From a bacterium (lineage in GTDB: Bacteria; Zhuqueibacterota; Zhuqueibacteria; Zhuqueibacterales; Zhuqueibacteraceae), in assembly GCA_044869275.1 (NCBI GenBank), contig JBIOXB010000163.1, positions 1 through 64,000 of the forward strand: 64,000 nt of DNA. The letters run 5' to 3'. Within the stretch, counting starts at the first letter, position 1. Every line of letters starts with the position of its first letter. Shown here piece after piece: positions 8,729 to 16,986 of this stretch. The notes below the pieces were generated by a model. It worked only from the letters and a program-made list of their open reading frames with translations. It did no database searches and had not been told where the DNA came from. Position numbers and translations under genes: made by a program.

Positions 8729-10516
8729 ATGAAAAAGTACAGTTGCGTTCTATTTCTTTTGTTCTGTGTTTATGATCTTCAAAGCCAGACTCTTGCCCGG
8801 CCTCCTGCAAAATTCTGTGGTGGGATCATGGAAGCTGCAGAACACCTCCGTTCAAACCAGAAAGCTCGAACGTCTTCCCAGCTTTTCTCGGCTCGCACCG
8901 AGCCAATTGCGGTGCGCAAGGGAGTGGATGAATTTCGTTTGATGCTGGGAGTCAAAGACAGCAGCGTAGTCAGCGTCGAATTCAAATCAATTTCTTTTGA
9001 CTTGTTGTTTGATGTTCTTTACCAGGGACAAAGGATCGACACCATTCGATTGTATGACGACGGGACTCACGGCGATGAGAGGGCAAGGGATAAGGTATTT
9101 ACGGCCGACCAGCTGACGCTGCAGGCAAGATACGCCTCAATAGATCCAATTTTCGCATTAGACATCCGTTTTTCTGAAGTCATTTTTGTGTTTGCTGATG
9201 GCGCGCAAGAAACATACACCGAAGATGTTGGACTCACGGTTCACTATTATGACCCGTCGATCGTCTCTGTCCCGCAGACAACACGTCTGGCAGAAGACGT
9301 CCAGACCACCGCATATGTTGTGAACGTATCAGCAACCCTGGCGGGTGTTTTCCCGCAACAGAGAGCAAATCCCCGCGAGATCGCCAAACGTTACTATGAT
9401 TTCTTCGCGGACGAACGGGATATGCTCATACTGGCACACACATTTGCTATCGCTGGAGGCGCCGAGGGCTCGTTCACTCACGTCCGCAACGACGTGGAAG
9501 GCATCGGAATGCCGGTATTTGACCAGGCCACGGAGTATGGCAGTTCTGGCCGCTTGCAAGGCATAATCACCGTGCAATATGGCCATGCCTTCCCATGGCT
9601 CTTGACACATGAGGTATTGCATCGCTGGGCTGTCTCCGTCACTTTGGACCCCTCGCTCGATCTAGGCAACGCCGGCAGCGGGCACTGGGGCGCCATTCAA
9701 AGAAACTCCACTGGATTTGGTGAGGGCGGTCCTTACAACGGGGTTTTCAGCAAGTTGGAGCATCTTTCAGGAGATAGGTATCGTGCGACTGGGGCGAATG
9801 TGGCGGCGCATTACAGTGATCTTGAATTGTATTTCATGGGCCTTTTGCCATTGTCGGAGGTGGAAACGCCGATCATCGCCCTGGTCAACCCCCGTGTTTT
9901 GGAATTTGGAGAGACGTACATTTACCAAGCTGACGGCATGCGTGCGGTTGAAGTCAATGAAATTGTCGCGCGCCATGGTCCCAGAATTCCCGACCCTTTG
10001 GAAGCGCAGAAACATTTTACCGCGGCTATGGTTCTGGTGCATGACAGGCTTTTGTCTGATGTGGAACTGGCGTATTACGATTTTTTGGCGCGGGAATATG
10101 AAAAGGCTGCCACAGAAAAATTGAGCGGACTGTCGGAAGGATTGACTTTTGAAGCGGCGGCCGGTGGACGAGCAACTCTGCAGACGCGTCTCAGTGCGCC
10201 GGGAACCGGTGTGCAGGCAAATGGTGAAATTCCGGAAGAGATTCGTCTTGGTCAGAATTATCCCAATCCCTTCAACCCAGAGACGACAATTGAGTACGAG
10301 TTGAGCAACCCGGCGCTGGTCAAATTGACTATCTACAATGTGCTCGGCCAGCCGGTCCGGGTATTGGTGAATGGCTGGCAAAATGCCGGCAAACACAGAG
10401 CGGTTTGGAAGGGATTGCAAGAACACGGCAAAACAGACGTAGCGAGCAGCTTGTATGTCTATGAATTGAGAGTTGGAGGGACGGTCCTCAGAAAAAAGAT
10501 GATACTATTGCAATGA
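8729..10516 (+). CDS. Secreted zinc metallopeptidase-like protein with FlgD/T9SS-A-type tail
   Basis: Signal peptide; LYDDGTHGD motif; HEVLHRW (HExxH) followed by GHW; QNYPNPFNP. Confidence 0.72.
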   Translation: MKKYSCVLFLLFCVYDLQSQTLARPPAKFCGGIMEAAEHLRSNQKARTSSQLFSARTEPIAVRKGVDEFRLMLGVKDSSVVSVEFKSISFDLLFDVLYQGQRIDTIRLYDDGTHGDERARDKVFTADQLTLQARYASIDPIFALDIRFSEVIFVFADGAQETYTEDVGLTVHYYDPSIVSVPQTTRLAEDVQTTAYVVNVSATLAGVFPQQRANPREIAKRYYDFFADERDMLILAHTFAIAGGAEGSFTHVRNDVEGIGMPVFDQATEYGSSGRLQGIITVQYGHAFPWLLTHEVLHRWAVSVTLDPSLDLGNAGSGHWGAIQRNSTGFGEGGPYNGVFSKLEHLSGDRYRATGANVAAHYSDLELYFMGLLPLSEVETPIIALVNPRVLEFGETYIYQADGMRAVEVNEIVARHGPRIPDPLEAQKHFTAAMVLVHDRLLSDVELAYYDFLAREYEKAATEKLSGLSEGLTFEAAAGGRATLQTRLSAPGTGVQANGEIPEEIRLGQNYPNPFNPETTIEYELSNPALVKLTIYNVLGQPVRVLVNGWQNAGKHRAVWKGLQEHGKTDVASSLYVYELRVGGTVLRKKMILLQ

Positions 10517-10589
10517 TGCGAAAGGAGTGGTTAAAAGCGCCGCTTCGTAAATCGATTTTGTGCCCAATTTGATGAGCGCAACCCTTGAC

Positions 10590-11309
10590 TTAGGCGTCGG
10601 CAGGGACGTAAGCCCCGTTTATAAGTGTCGGTACACATGCACTGATGTCTAAGGCTGAAGCAAGAACGACATCTTCCTCAAATCCGCGCGCGATCAACTC
10701 TTTACTTGACCCACATTGCCTTACCTGTAATTCGATTTCCGCTTGCACGTGACGAAAGGCGGCCAGGGCGGCGCGGGCTTCCGGCGATAAGCTGCCTTTG
10801 AGTTGGCTGATAATCGCCCCTGCACCTATCCAATCTTCAAACGCAGGGCGAAGATGCCCATCACTCCAGCGCTCGCCCGCGGGGAGTATGCTGATGCGCT
10901 TGCCGTATTTTTGCGCCCCTGAAGCAACGGCGCGGCAGTTTCGCAAACATCCTGCTAGTGTTGGCGTTTCTCCCGTTCCGAAAGTCAGCATTGCGCCGTT
11001 AGGCGACGCCAATACCAAGCGTGTGCCTGGCGGAATTCCTAAAAAAGATTGGGGCGACAATGAGTATCTCGCGCCACTACCTCTGCCACCGGCGAGTTCT
11101 GCAGACATGGAAGCGGCGAAGTCTGCTGCAGTCTCGTCTCGCCAGCGATAAGGAAAGACCATTGCCTTCCGATTAGTCGCGATCTCGACACAGGTTGAAA
11201 ACGAAAGCACATCAACGATGATGACAACGTCGCTCATCGGCGCAAGTTGTGAGACGCCGTGTTCTCCCCACTCACAGCGCAAGTCAAATTCTGATTGGTC
11301 GCAAGTCAT
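10590..11309 (-). CDS. 2-phosphosulfolactate phosphatase (ComB) family protein
   Basis: VIIVDVLSFST, SLSP, SPNG, GCLRN, AGERW, RPAFEDW.GAG motifs. Confidence 0.85.
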   Translation of the reverse strand: MTCDQSEFDLRCEWGEHGVSQLAPMSDVVIIVDVLSFSTCVEIATNRKAMVFPYRWRDETAADFAASMSAELAGGRGSGARYSLSPQSFLGIPPGTRLVLASPNGAMLTFGTGETPTLAGCLRNCRAVASGAQKYGKRISILPAGERWSDGHLRPAFEDWIGAGAIISQLKGSLSPEARAALAAFRHVQAEIELQVRQCGSSKELIARGFEEDVVLASALDISACVPTLINGAYVPADA

Positions 11310-11449
11310 CGGTTGAATTTAACGATACTTGCACTAATGCGAATCGATTTGCAGCAGCAATGTTTTCCGTTGCCGTATCGCACTAACTCGCTCGCCAGCA
11401 CACCCTCCAGACTTCTGGTTTGCTGCCACTAGCCTGCTGGACAATACCC

Positions 11450-12025
11450 TCAGCCTGCTCTCTCGTAGGCCTGTTTGATCCAGTCAATAAGCTCCTTGTC
11501 AACTTCTTTGGCGTCGGTGAGGTTGACTTTATACTGGCACATGCCGCCGGGAGGCATGGCATTCAAGCGCGACGTGGCCTTCACGCCTTTCATGTTCAAC
11601 CCGACTTCAAAACGTGTCTGAGTGGCCGGGCCAATCATGGCGAACTGTTTCTTGCGCCTCAGGCTGACGTAACCTTTCTTCGGCGCGATCTCAAACTCGC
11701 CAAACTTTGTGATGCCTGCCATCAGCTTGTCGTGAATAGGGCGAAAATGAGCTTTAGTGCCGGAATAGATTTCGTCAATGGCGGCGTCTGGCGAGGCAGT
11801 TTGGGCTTGCGCAGTGACGGTATCGGCGGACTTCATGTAGAAATGAACCACCGTGTTGGCATCGCCGTGGCCCATGCCCAGGTCTCTCTTAAGCATGTCG
11901 CGAATCTCCCCGTGCTTGGCAAGGTCGCTTTTGCGGATGAGGGTGTAAAGCTGTTCCAGCGTTTTTCCGGTTCTGGCTTGAATGTTTTTGAGTTGCGTTT
12001 CTACTGCCTTGTCGACACTGCTCAT
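11450..12025 (-). CDS. DUF4287 + DUF5655 domain protein
   Basis: NIQARTGKTL...LKRDLGMGHGDANTV; APKKGYVSLRRKKQFA...ELIDWIKQAY. Confidence 0.8.
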   Translation of the reverse strand: MSSVDKAVETQLKNIQARTGKTLEQLYTLIRKSDLAKHGEIRDMLKRDLGMGHGDANTVVHFYMKSADTVTAQAQTASPDAAIDEIYSGTKAHFRPIHDKLMAGITKFGEFEIAPKKGYVSLRRKKQFAMIGPATQTRFEVGLNMKGVKATSRLNAMPPGGMCQYKVNLTDAKEVDKELIDWIKQAYERAG

Positions 12026-12087
12026 GGGATAGTTCGCCTTTCGTGAGCTTTTGTTTGCAGCGGGTATGGTTGTCCGGCGCACTGCAC

Positions 12088-12198
12088 AAAACCGCTGAAG
12101 CGGTTTACAAGTTAGTACAGTTTCTGATTAACACCGCGATGAATCGCGGTGTTAATGAGAATGAAATCGACCTAATGTTTGCACCCGTTTCAACGGCT
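12088..12198. repeat. REP/REPIN-like cluster of short hairpins (IS200/RAYT-associated type)
   Basis: AAACCGCTGAAGCGGTTT; TTAACACCGCGATGAATCGCGGTGTTAA; CCGTTTCAACGG. Confidence 0.65.
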
Positions 12199-12213
12199 TT
12201 CTTGGTCAAAATA

Positions 12214-12381
12214 TCAAGACAGCCCGATCAAAGAACGCGTTTGTCGCCCAGCCCGGACGATTCGCCACTCTCCATAGAGATGCCGCCGTCCTCGTCCTTC
12301 CCACAATTGTATGCCGGTGGCGAGGGCCAGTGACATGAGGGCGCCCACGAGCGCTGACACAAAGATCTCTATCAATGACAT
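12214..12381 (-). pseudogene. Small single-TM ORF or gene remnant (55 aa)
   Basis: GAGG RBS then MSLIEIFVSALVGALMSLALATGIQLW...LYGEW...; lies between two repeat elements; below the ORF-track cutoff. Confidence 0.4.
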
Positions 12382-12400
12382 AAAGTTTGCCTCACGCGTC

Positions 12401-12513
12401 GACTAGTGCATTGTAACCTTAATTTTTGAAGGTCACCCTGAGCGAAGTCGAAGGGCGGCATGGTTCGACTCCGCTCACCATGACTAAAAAACTATGGTAA
12501 CAGTGTACTAGTC
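12401..12513. mobile_element. MITE with CTAG-containing imperfect TIRs enclosing a REP hairpin
   Basis: GACTAGTGCATTGTAACC ... GGTAACAGTGTACTAGTC; inner GTCACCCTGAGCGAAGTCGAAGGG...TTCGACTCCGCTCACCATGAC. Confidence 0.7.
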
Positions 12514-12600
12514 CGGTCGTGCTTCGAGCAAAGTCAAGCGCCAACTTGTAAATCTATTAAACGTTTCTGCTGTAGTCTTTAGCTTGACGAAGTTATGAAA

Positions 12601-13302
12601 TCATGATTTGGACGAGACAAAAGCTGCCGCTTCTTTGAAGAGCTTTAGGTCCTTTTTATACTCTTTTGGGTCTTCATGCTTAAGGACCGCCCATTCCTTC
12701 ATTTCTCTTTTGCCCATCACTAAAAAAGCAGCGTTCTTCTTGTCCACCAGCTCTTTTATTTTTTCTCGAGGCAGCTTTAGCACCACGCCCTCGCGTTGGG
12801 TAAAAGCAAATACCTTTTTCCCGACCAGAAAAGATACCTGGTTCGTTTTTGTTCTCATGTTGACCCGGGGCAGGCCTTCCAGCATCGAGGCAAGAATGGT
12901 AGCAAGATCACCCTTTGCCGGGCTCTTTTTTTCGGCTTTGCCTGAGGCTGCACCAAGCGCGGCGTGCAATTTGGGGGGCGCTATCTGCCGCCAAGCTTCG
13001 TGCAAGTGGAAAGCCAATTCGTCATCATCCACACGAGCAAGCTCGACGCCAACCCAGCCGCGCACGCCGACATAAGGCGGCTTGAAGAATTTTTCCGGTG
13101 AGGCGGCGATCAGCATTTCCTGAATGCCAAGAGGCGCCGGCAGCCACACCGCGATGTGCCCGTCGTTGTGGTGATTGTTGGCAAACATGGCAAAGACTTT
13201 CTTGCGCACGAAGAAGGTGGGCTCGCCATGCGATAGCTTTTCGATGGTCTCAGGCAGCGCAGCGCAGATGCGCCGGACTCTTTGCAGATGTTTCTTGCTC
13301 AT
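12601..13302 (-). CDS. MmcQ/YjbR family protein with a second C-terminal YjbR/TfoX-like domain
   Basis: [16 protein letters not shown]...[15 protein letters not shown]; second LVGKKVFAF...MKEWA module. Confidence 0.8.
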   Translation of the reverse strand: MSKKHLQRVRRICAALPETIEKLSHGEPTFFVRKKVFAMFANNHHNDGHIAVWLPAPLGIQEMLIAASPEKFFKPPYVGVRGWVGVELARVDDDELAFHLHEAWRQIAPPKLHAALGAASGKAEKKSPAKGDLATILASMLEGLPRVNMRTKTNQVSFLVGKKVFAFTQREGVVLKLPREKIKELVDKKNAAFLVMGKREMKEWAVLKHEDPKEYKKDLKLFKEAAAFVSSKS

Positions 13303-13475
13303 GATATCAATCTCGTATCACCGTCACGTGCGTGACCATAAGCTACTTGCCTTTGGATTTCTTTGGTGTGGGGAAGTTGCGTCCGTCCTTTGCCCCGCAT
13401 TCGTGCCGTGATGGGGCAAATAATAGTGGCGAGGTCACACGCAGCTTTGATGGACAGAACAGACGGTCCATGCGT

Positions 13476-13742
13476 CTAGCCGAACCTGAGTTTGGCGCGA
13501 GCTTGTGCTTTGCGGGCTTCTACTTCCCGATCTCGCGGCGAAGCCGAGGTCACCAGTGACGCCAGCAAGCTTTTTGATATGAGCGTCACCTCGGTGATGG
13601 CATTCTCAAACGCTTCTTGATTTTCTTTGGAAGGCTTGTTGAAGCCGCTGATTTTCCGCACAAACTGTAGTGCCGCGGCGCGAATCTCTTCGTCCGTCGC
13701 CGGCGGAGCAAAGTTGTAGAGTGTTTTGATGTTTCTGCACAT
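13476..13742 (-). CDS. DUF2277 family protein
   Basis: MCRNIKTLYNFAPPATDEEIRAAALQFVRKISG signature. Confidence 0.88.
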   Translation of the reverse strand: MCRNIKTLYNFAPPATDEEIRAAALQFVRKISGFNKPSKENQEAFENAITEVTLISKSLLASLVTSASPRDREVEARKAQARAKLRFG

Positions 13743-13774
13743 CGAAGTGTCTCCGAGATTGTTTCTCCAATTAT

Positions 13775-14344
13775 TCAAACGATTGCAATGCTCTGCTCAA
13801 ACCATATCTTCTTTCTGCTTTCAAACAGAATCCAAACAAAGGGTAGGAGATACAAGATCTTCAAGCCCGGGGCTTCCACATTGAGTGAGGTGCCGAGATA
13901 AGCTAGGCGGTATTTATATACTTCCAAACATACGACTGAAAACGTCGCGAGGAACCCCAAAGCTCTGGTCTTCCCCCGGCTTTCCATGAGCACAGCCACG
14001 GCACACCAAAATACAAAAAACAAATCTTGTAAGCAGGTTTCTAACCATTGCCCCAAAATCTCATAGACAAAATAAGTCAAGGAAGCGTTTTTAATATACT
14101 CACCGATTCCTTGTAAAAGAAAGATCGCAGCCAACCCGCCAGTAGAGAGGCACCCTATCCAATTTATCCATTTGGGCACTTTGCTGAAATCAAAAACAGC
14201 GAACGAAATCAACAATGAACCGGCAGCAAGTGCTAAATGAATGACTACTTCAGCTCCGCTGCCGAAGAGCTGTTGATAGAGTATCGTTATGGGAAGTGCC
14301 AACAAAAAAAACACAGCCCCTAAAAAGCCTCGTGGGGATTTCAT
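13775..14344 (-). CDS. Hypothetical multi-pass membrane protein
   Basis: About 6 hydrophobic segments; AT-rich. Confidence 0.6.
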   Translation of the reverse strand: MKSPRGFLGAVFFLLALPITILYQQLFGSGAEVVIHLALAAGSLLISFAVFDFSKVPKWINWIGCLSTGGLAAIFLLQGIGEYIKNASLTYFVYEILGQWLETCLQDLFFVFWCAVAVLMESRGKTRALGFLATFSVVCLEVYKYRLAYLGTSLNVEAPGLKILYLLPFVWILFESRKKIWFEQSIAIV

Positions 14345-14359
14345 ATCCCATGATCCTTG

Positions 14360-14470
14360 TTTTTTGGACACAGAAGAGTGCAGATTTTCGCTGATTTTGT
14401 CTGCGTTCATCTGCGGCAATCTGTGTCCAAAATTCTTGCTTTAAAAGCAAAGATCTCACTTTTAATGGAC
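14360..14470. repeat. Dispersed ~110-bp palindromic repeat, copy 1 (inverted copy at 36995-37105)
   Basis: TTTTTGGACACAGA...GCTGATTTTGTCTGCGTTCATCTGCGGCAATCTG...AAAAGCAAAGATCTCACTTTTAATGGAC matches the reverse complement of 36995-37105. Confidence 0.8.
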
Positions 14471-14554
14471 GGACGGGGTTGGCAAAGAAAAACTCTTTGC
14501 GTATTCTCTGCGCCCTTTTGTAAGGTTCGGAGATCGATTGAATTCCCGAAATAC

Positions 14555-14986
14555 TCAATTCCTTGTTACGATTGCCCGGCTCAACAATAACATCGCGATG
14601 CCGAAAGTAATCACAAACGGGCCTTCCCACAATTTCCAGAAAAGAGGCAGCCCCTCCAGCCAGTCTACATAGAGCAGTATAACGCCCAAAGTGATTACCG
14701 AATAACTCAGGTAAATTAAAACCGCGCGATGACGTTTGGGATCGAAAGAGAGCATCCAGAACAGCCCTCCCATTAACGCGTAAAATGCCGAGGTTGATCT
14801 CGCCAAATAACCGACCACTGGTTAGTTCGGCAGAGGCCCCATGCCCAGCTGTGCATGGATTTGATCCATCCAAGCATGCGGCACGAAGACAAAGACCAGC
14901 GCAAAGAGAGAGGACGTGCCCATCAGTCGCAAAAGGAATTTCAACAGTTGTTCGATATTGTTTGTTGAGGCGTGGTTCGACATCAT
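14555..14986 (-). pseudogene. 4-TM membrane protein interrupted by an in-frame TAA
   Basis: ...LGMGPLPN*PVVGYLARSTSAFYA... the two ORFs are in the same frame with one TAA at 14822-14824. Confidence 0.75.
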
Positions 14987-15086
14987 GTTTCTCCACCGAT
15001 ATTTCCGGCAAAGTGTTGTTTGGGCATTTACGAAGTGAGTGCGAAGCTTCATACCCGTGTCGCTTACACACCGACACGTCGGAGGA

Positions 15087-15485
15087 TTATGACGGTCTTC
15101 TTCGCGAGAACGGCACAAGCTCCGTGGTCGTGGCTATGGATTTTGCACGTCCGAGATCTCGGGCGTATTTGATCGACCCCGGTGTGTCATACTTTTCCAC
15201 GTAGGCCCGGCTGACCGCGTCTTTCAAACGCTCGCTCCGCGTGCGCACGGCGCGGACAGGAATCTCGCGGTCACCAACCATGATAGCGCCAGCCGGGTCT
15301 TCGAGAAAAGTCCGATACCAGCTTCGCGGTTTCAGGCTCCACGAGCGCACAAACACGCGGCTCTCCACCACTACAGCCCAGATGCCGATGAAACGATGCG
15401 GCTGGGTGCCGGCCCGGATGCTTAAAATCTTATTGTCGCGAATCGTGGCTAGAATGTCGTCTTTGAAACGTCTATTCTTGCTCAT
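15087..15485 (-). CDS. DUF2255 family protein
   Basis: IWAVVVESRVFVRSW...WYR...AVSRAYVEKY...TTTEL.P. Confidence 0.8.
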   Translation of the reverse strand: MSKNRRFKDDILATIRDNKILSIRAGTQPHRFIGIWAVVVESRVFVRSWSLKPRSWYRTFLEDPAGAIMVGDREIPVRAVRTRSERLKDAVSRAYVEKYDTPGSIKYARDLGRAKSIATTTELVPFSRRRPS

Positions 15486-15549
15486 GCACACACTTCTCTT
15501 TTACGCGGTTTTCAATGGGATGGCTACCGCAGCTATAAACCTCCCACCC

Positions 15550-15785
15550 CTACGCGGTCTTGCCGAAGAGAGCCATCCCGACGTGTCGGGATCCGTTTCC
15601 GAGGCATAGATTAAATTTATTTGGTGTGACGGCTATTCCGGCGGAACCAGATTCTCTATGATCGCGTCGGTGTGAGTTCGATAATTGATTTTGGCGAGAT
15701 TGCGCCGGATGTCCCAGCCGAGCGGTTTCAATGCCTCTTCTTTCAAGCGTTGGAATTCTTTAACCAGTTACAATTTGAATTCGAC
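15550..15785 (-). pseudogene. Fragment of a KilA-N domain-containing protein (C-terminal region)
   Basis: Minus strand reads VEFKL*LVKEFQRLKEEALKPLGWDIRRNLAKINYRTHTDAIIENLVPPE*...IYASETD / MALFGKTA; internal stops and an internal palindrome. Confidence 0.75.
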
Positions 15786-15821
15786 GGGTTTAAAATCAAA
15801 GTTATTTTCCTCGTTCGGAAA

Positions 15822-16277
15822 TCAAGCACGAAATTTCTCCGCCATCAACGTCACGGGATCCTTCCCATTGAGACTGCAGATTTGCCCCTTGAACACGCTG
15901 AACCTGCCGTCCTTCTCCATGCGCTCGGCAATCTGTCGATAGGTGAAGGTTGGAACAATATCCATTTTATGAAGCACGGCATCGATCAAGTCTTTGGTCA
16001 TGCCGACGCGTTCGGCTACGAGCGAATTGTAGATTTCATCGAGACACAAGTCCATCATTTGATTTGAAGTAATTCCCGGTCTCAGGCCATTCTTGTTGTG
16101 GGTGGGGATCGCATCAAAGGAGGTAATTTGCGCAGATGTTTGAAATCCTCCCGGCAGGGTGAAGTATGCCGTCTTGTTTGTGGGATTTGCTTCGATGAAG
16201 TTCACTCGGTAACAGCAATTCTTGTATTTCTTGCCCGAGCCGCATGGACAGGGATCATTCCTTCGTGCTGCGTTCAT
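15822..16277 (-). CDS. SEC-C motif (Zn-binding) domain protein
   Basis: RNDPCPCGSGKKYKNCC at the N-terminus. Confidence 0.8.
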   Translation of the reverse strand: MNAARRNDPCPCGSGKKYKNCCYRVNFIEANPTNKTAYFTLPGGFQTSAQITSFDAIPTHNKNGLRPGITSNQMMDLCLDEIYNSLVAERVGMTKDLIDAVLHKMDIVPTFTYRQIAERMEKDGRFSVFKGQICSLNGKDPVTLMAEKFRA

Positions 16278-16411
16278 GTTGGGCCTCTTAACGTGTCATA
16301 ACGAAATCATTTCCGGTGATCGTGATGAAATCGTGCATGAGAATAAAAAGGATTCTTACAGAATGACATTTACGCCAAGAAGCTCAGCAGAGAATCTAAA
16401 TTTTCTGGAAA

Positions 16412-16681
16412 TCAAGCGCGGAGTTTTTCCTCATGATGAGCTTGAGCGCAAAAAACTTGCGTGGGAGAGAACCCCATAATATCGAAGATCAACTTCCCCC
16501 AACTCAAGCATGTACGCTCGACGGCTTGCCGTTGTGGCGCGGCATCACCAAAATCAAATAGCCGTATTGCTTGAAGTTGATCATAATTGGCGCGGCTGGC
16601 CGAAGCGTTGTAATAGCCATTTTCCAGGCAGTATTTTGCAAGCAAGAGATTGTCTTGCGCCTTCTTCAAAAAGCCTTGCAT
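16412..16681 (-). pseudogene. HEPN-domain N-terminal remnant
   Basis: FLKKAQDNLLLAKYCLENGYYNASASRANY matches HEPN helices 1-2; similarity then stops. Confidence 0.55.
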
Positions 16682-16902
16682 AAGCACACCCTTCCAAGAA
16701 AACGGCACAAAAATATAACATATACGATGTTCAAATTCCAAATAATTCTCCTATGAGCTCACTTTTGGGGCGGCGAATGCTTCTTCGCTCTCACGCATCC
16801 CCATGTGGCGGTAACGATTTTCTGAAGTTTGACGATGATGGCGGCAAGCCTGACAAAAAGCAAGAGACCGCCTGAGCTTGAATGGTCAAGCGAAAAAAGT
16901 TC

Positions 16903-16943
16903 TTGCCTTTTGCAACTAAACTGTATATATTGCGTATATACAG
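16903..16943 (+). promoter_or_regulatory. Sigma70 promoter overlapped by a palindromic GntR/YtrA-type operator
   Basis: TTGCCT-17-TATATT; perfect IR CTGTATATA-N5-TATATACAG (16921-16943). Confidence 0.7.
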
Positions 16944-16986
16944 AATGAACACACCGTAAAGTTTACGACTCAAGCGGAGAAACGCC

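Noticed and set aside
14822..14824. Stop-codon recoding (Sec/Pyl or alternative code)
   Set aside because: The codon is TAA, which ends many intact genes here, so a nonsense mutation or sequencing error is simpler.
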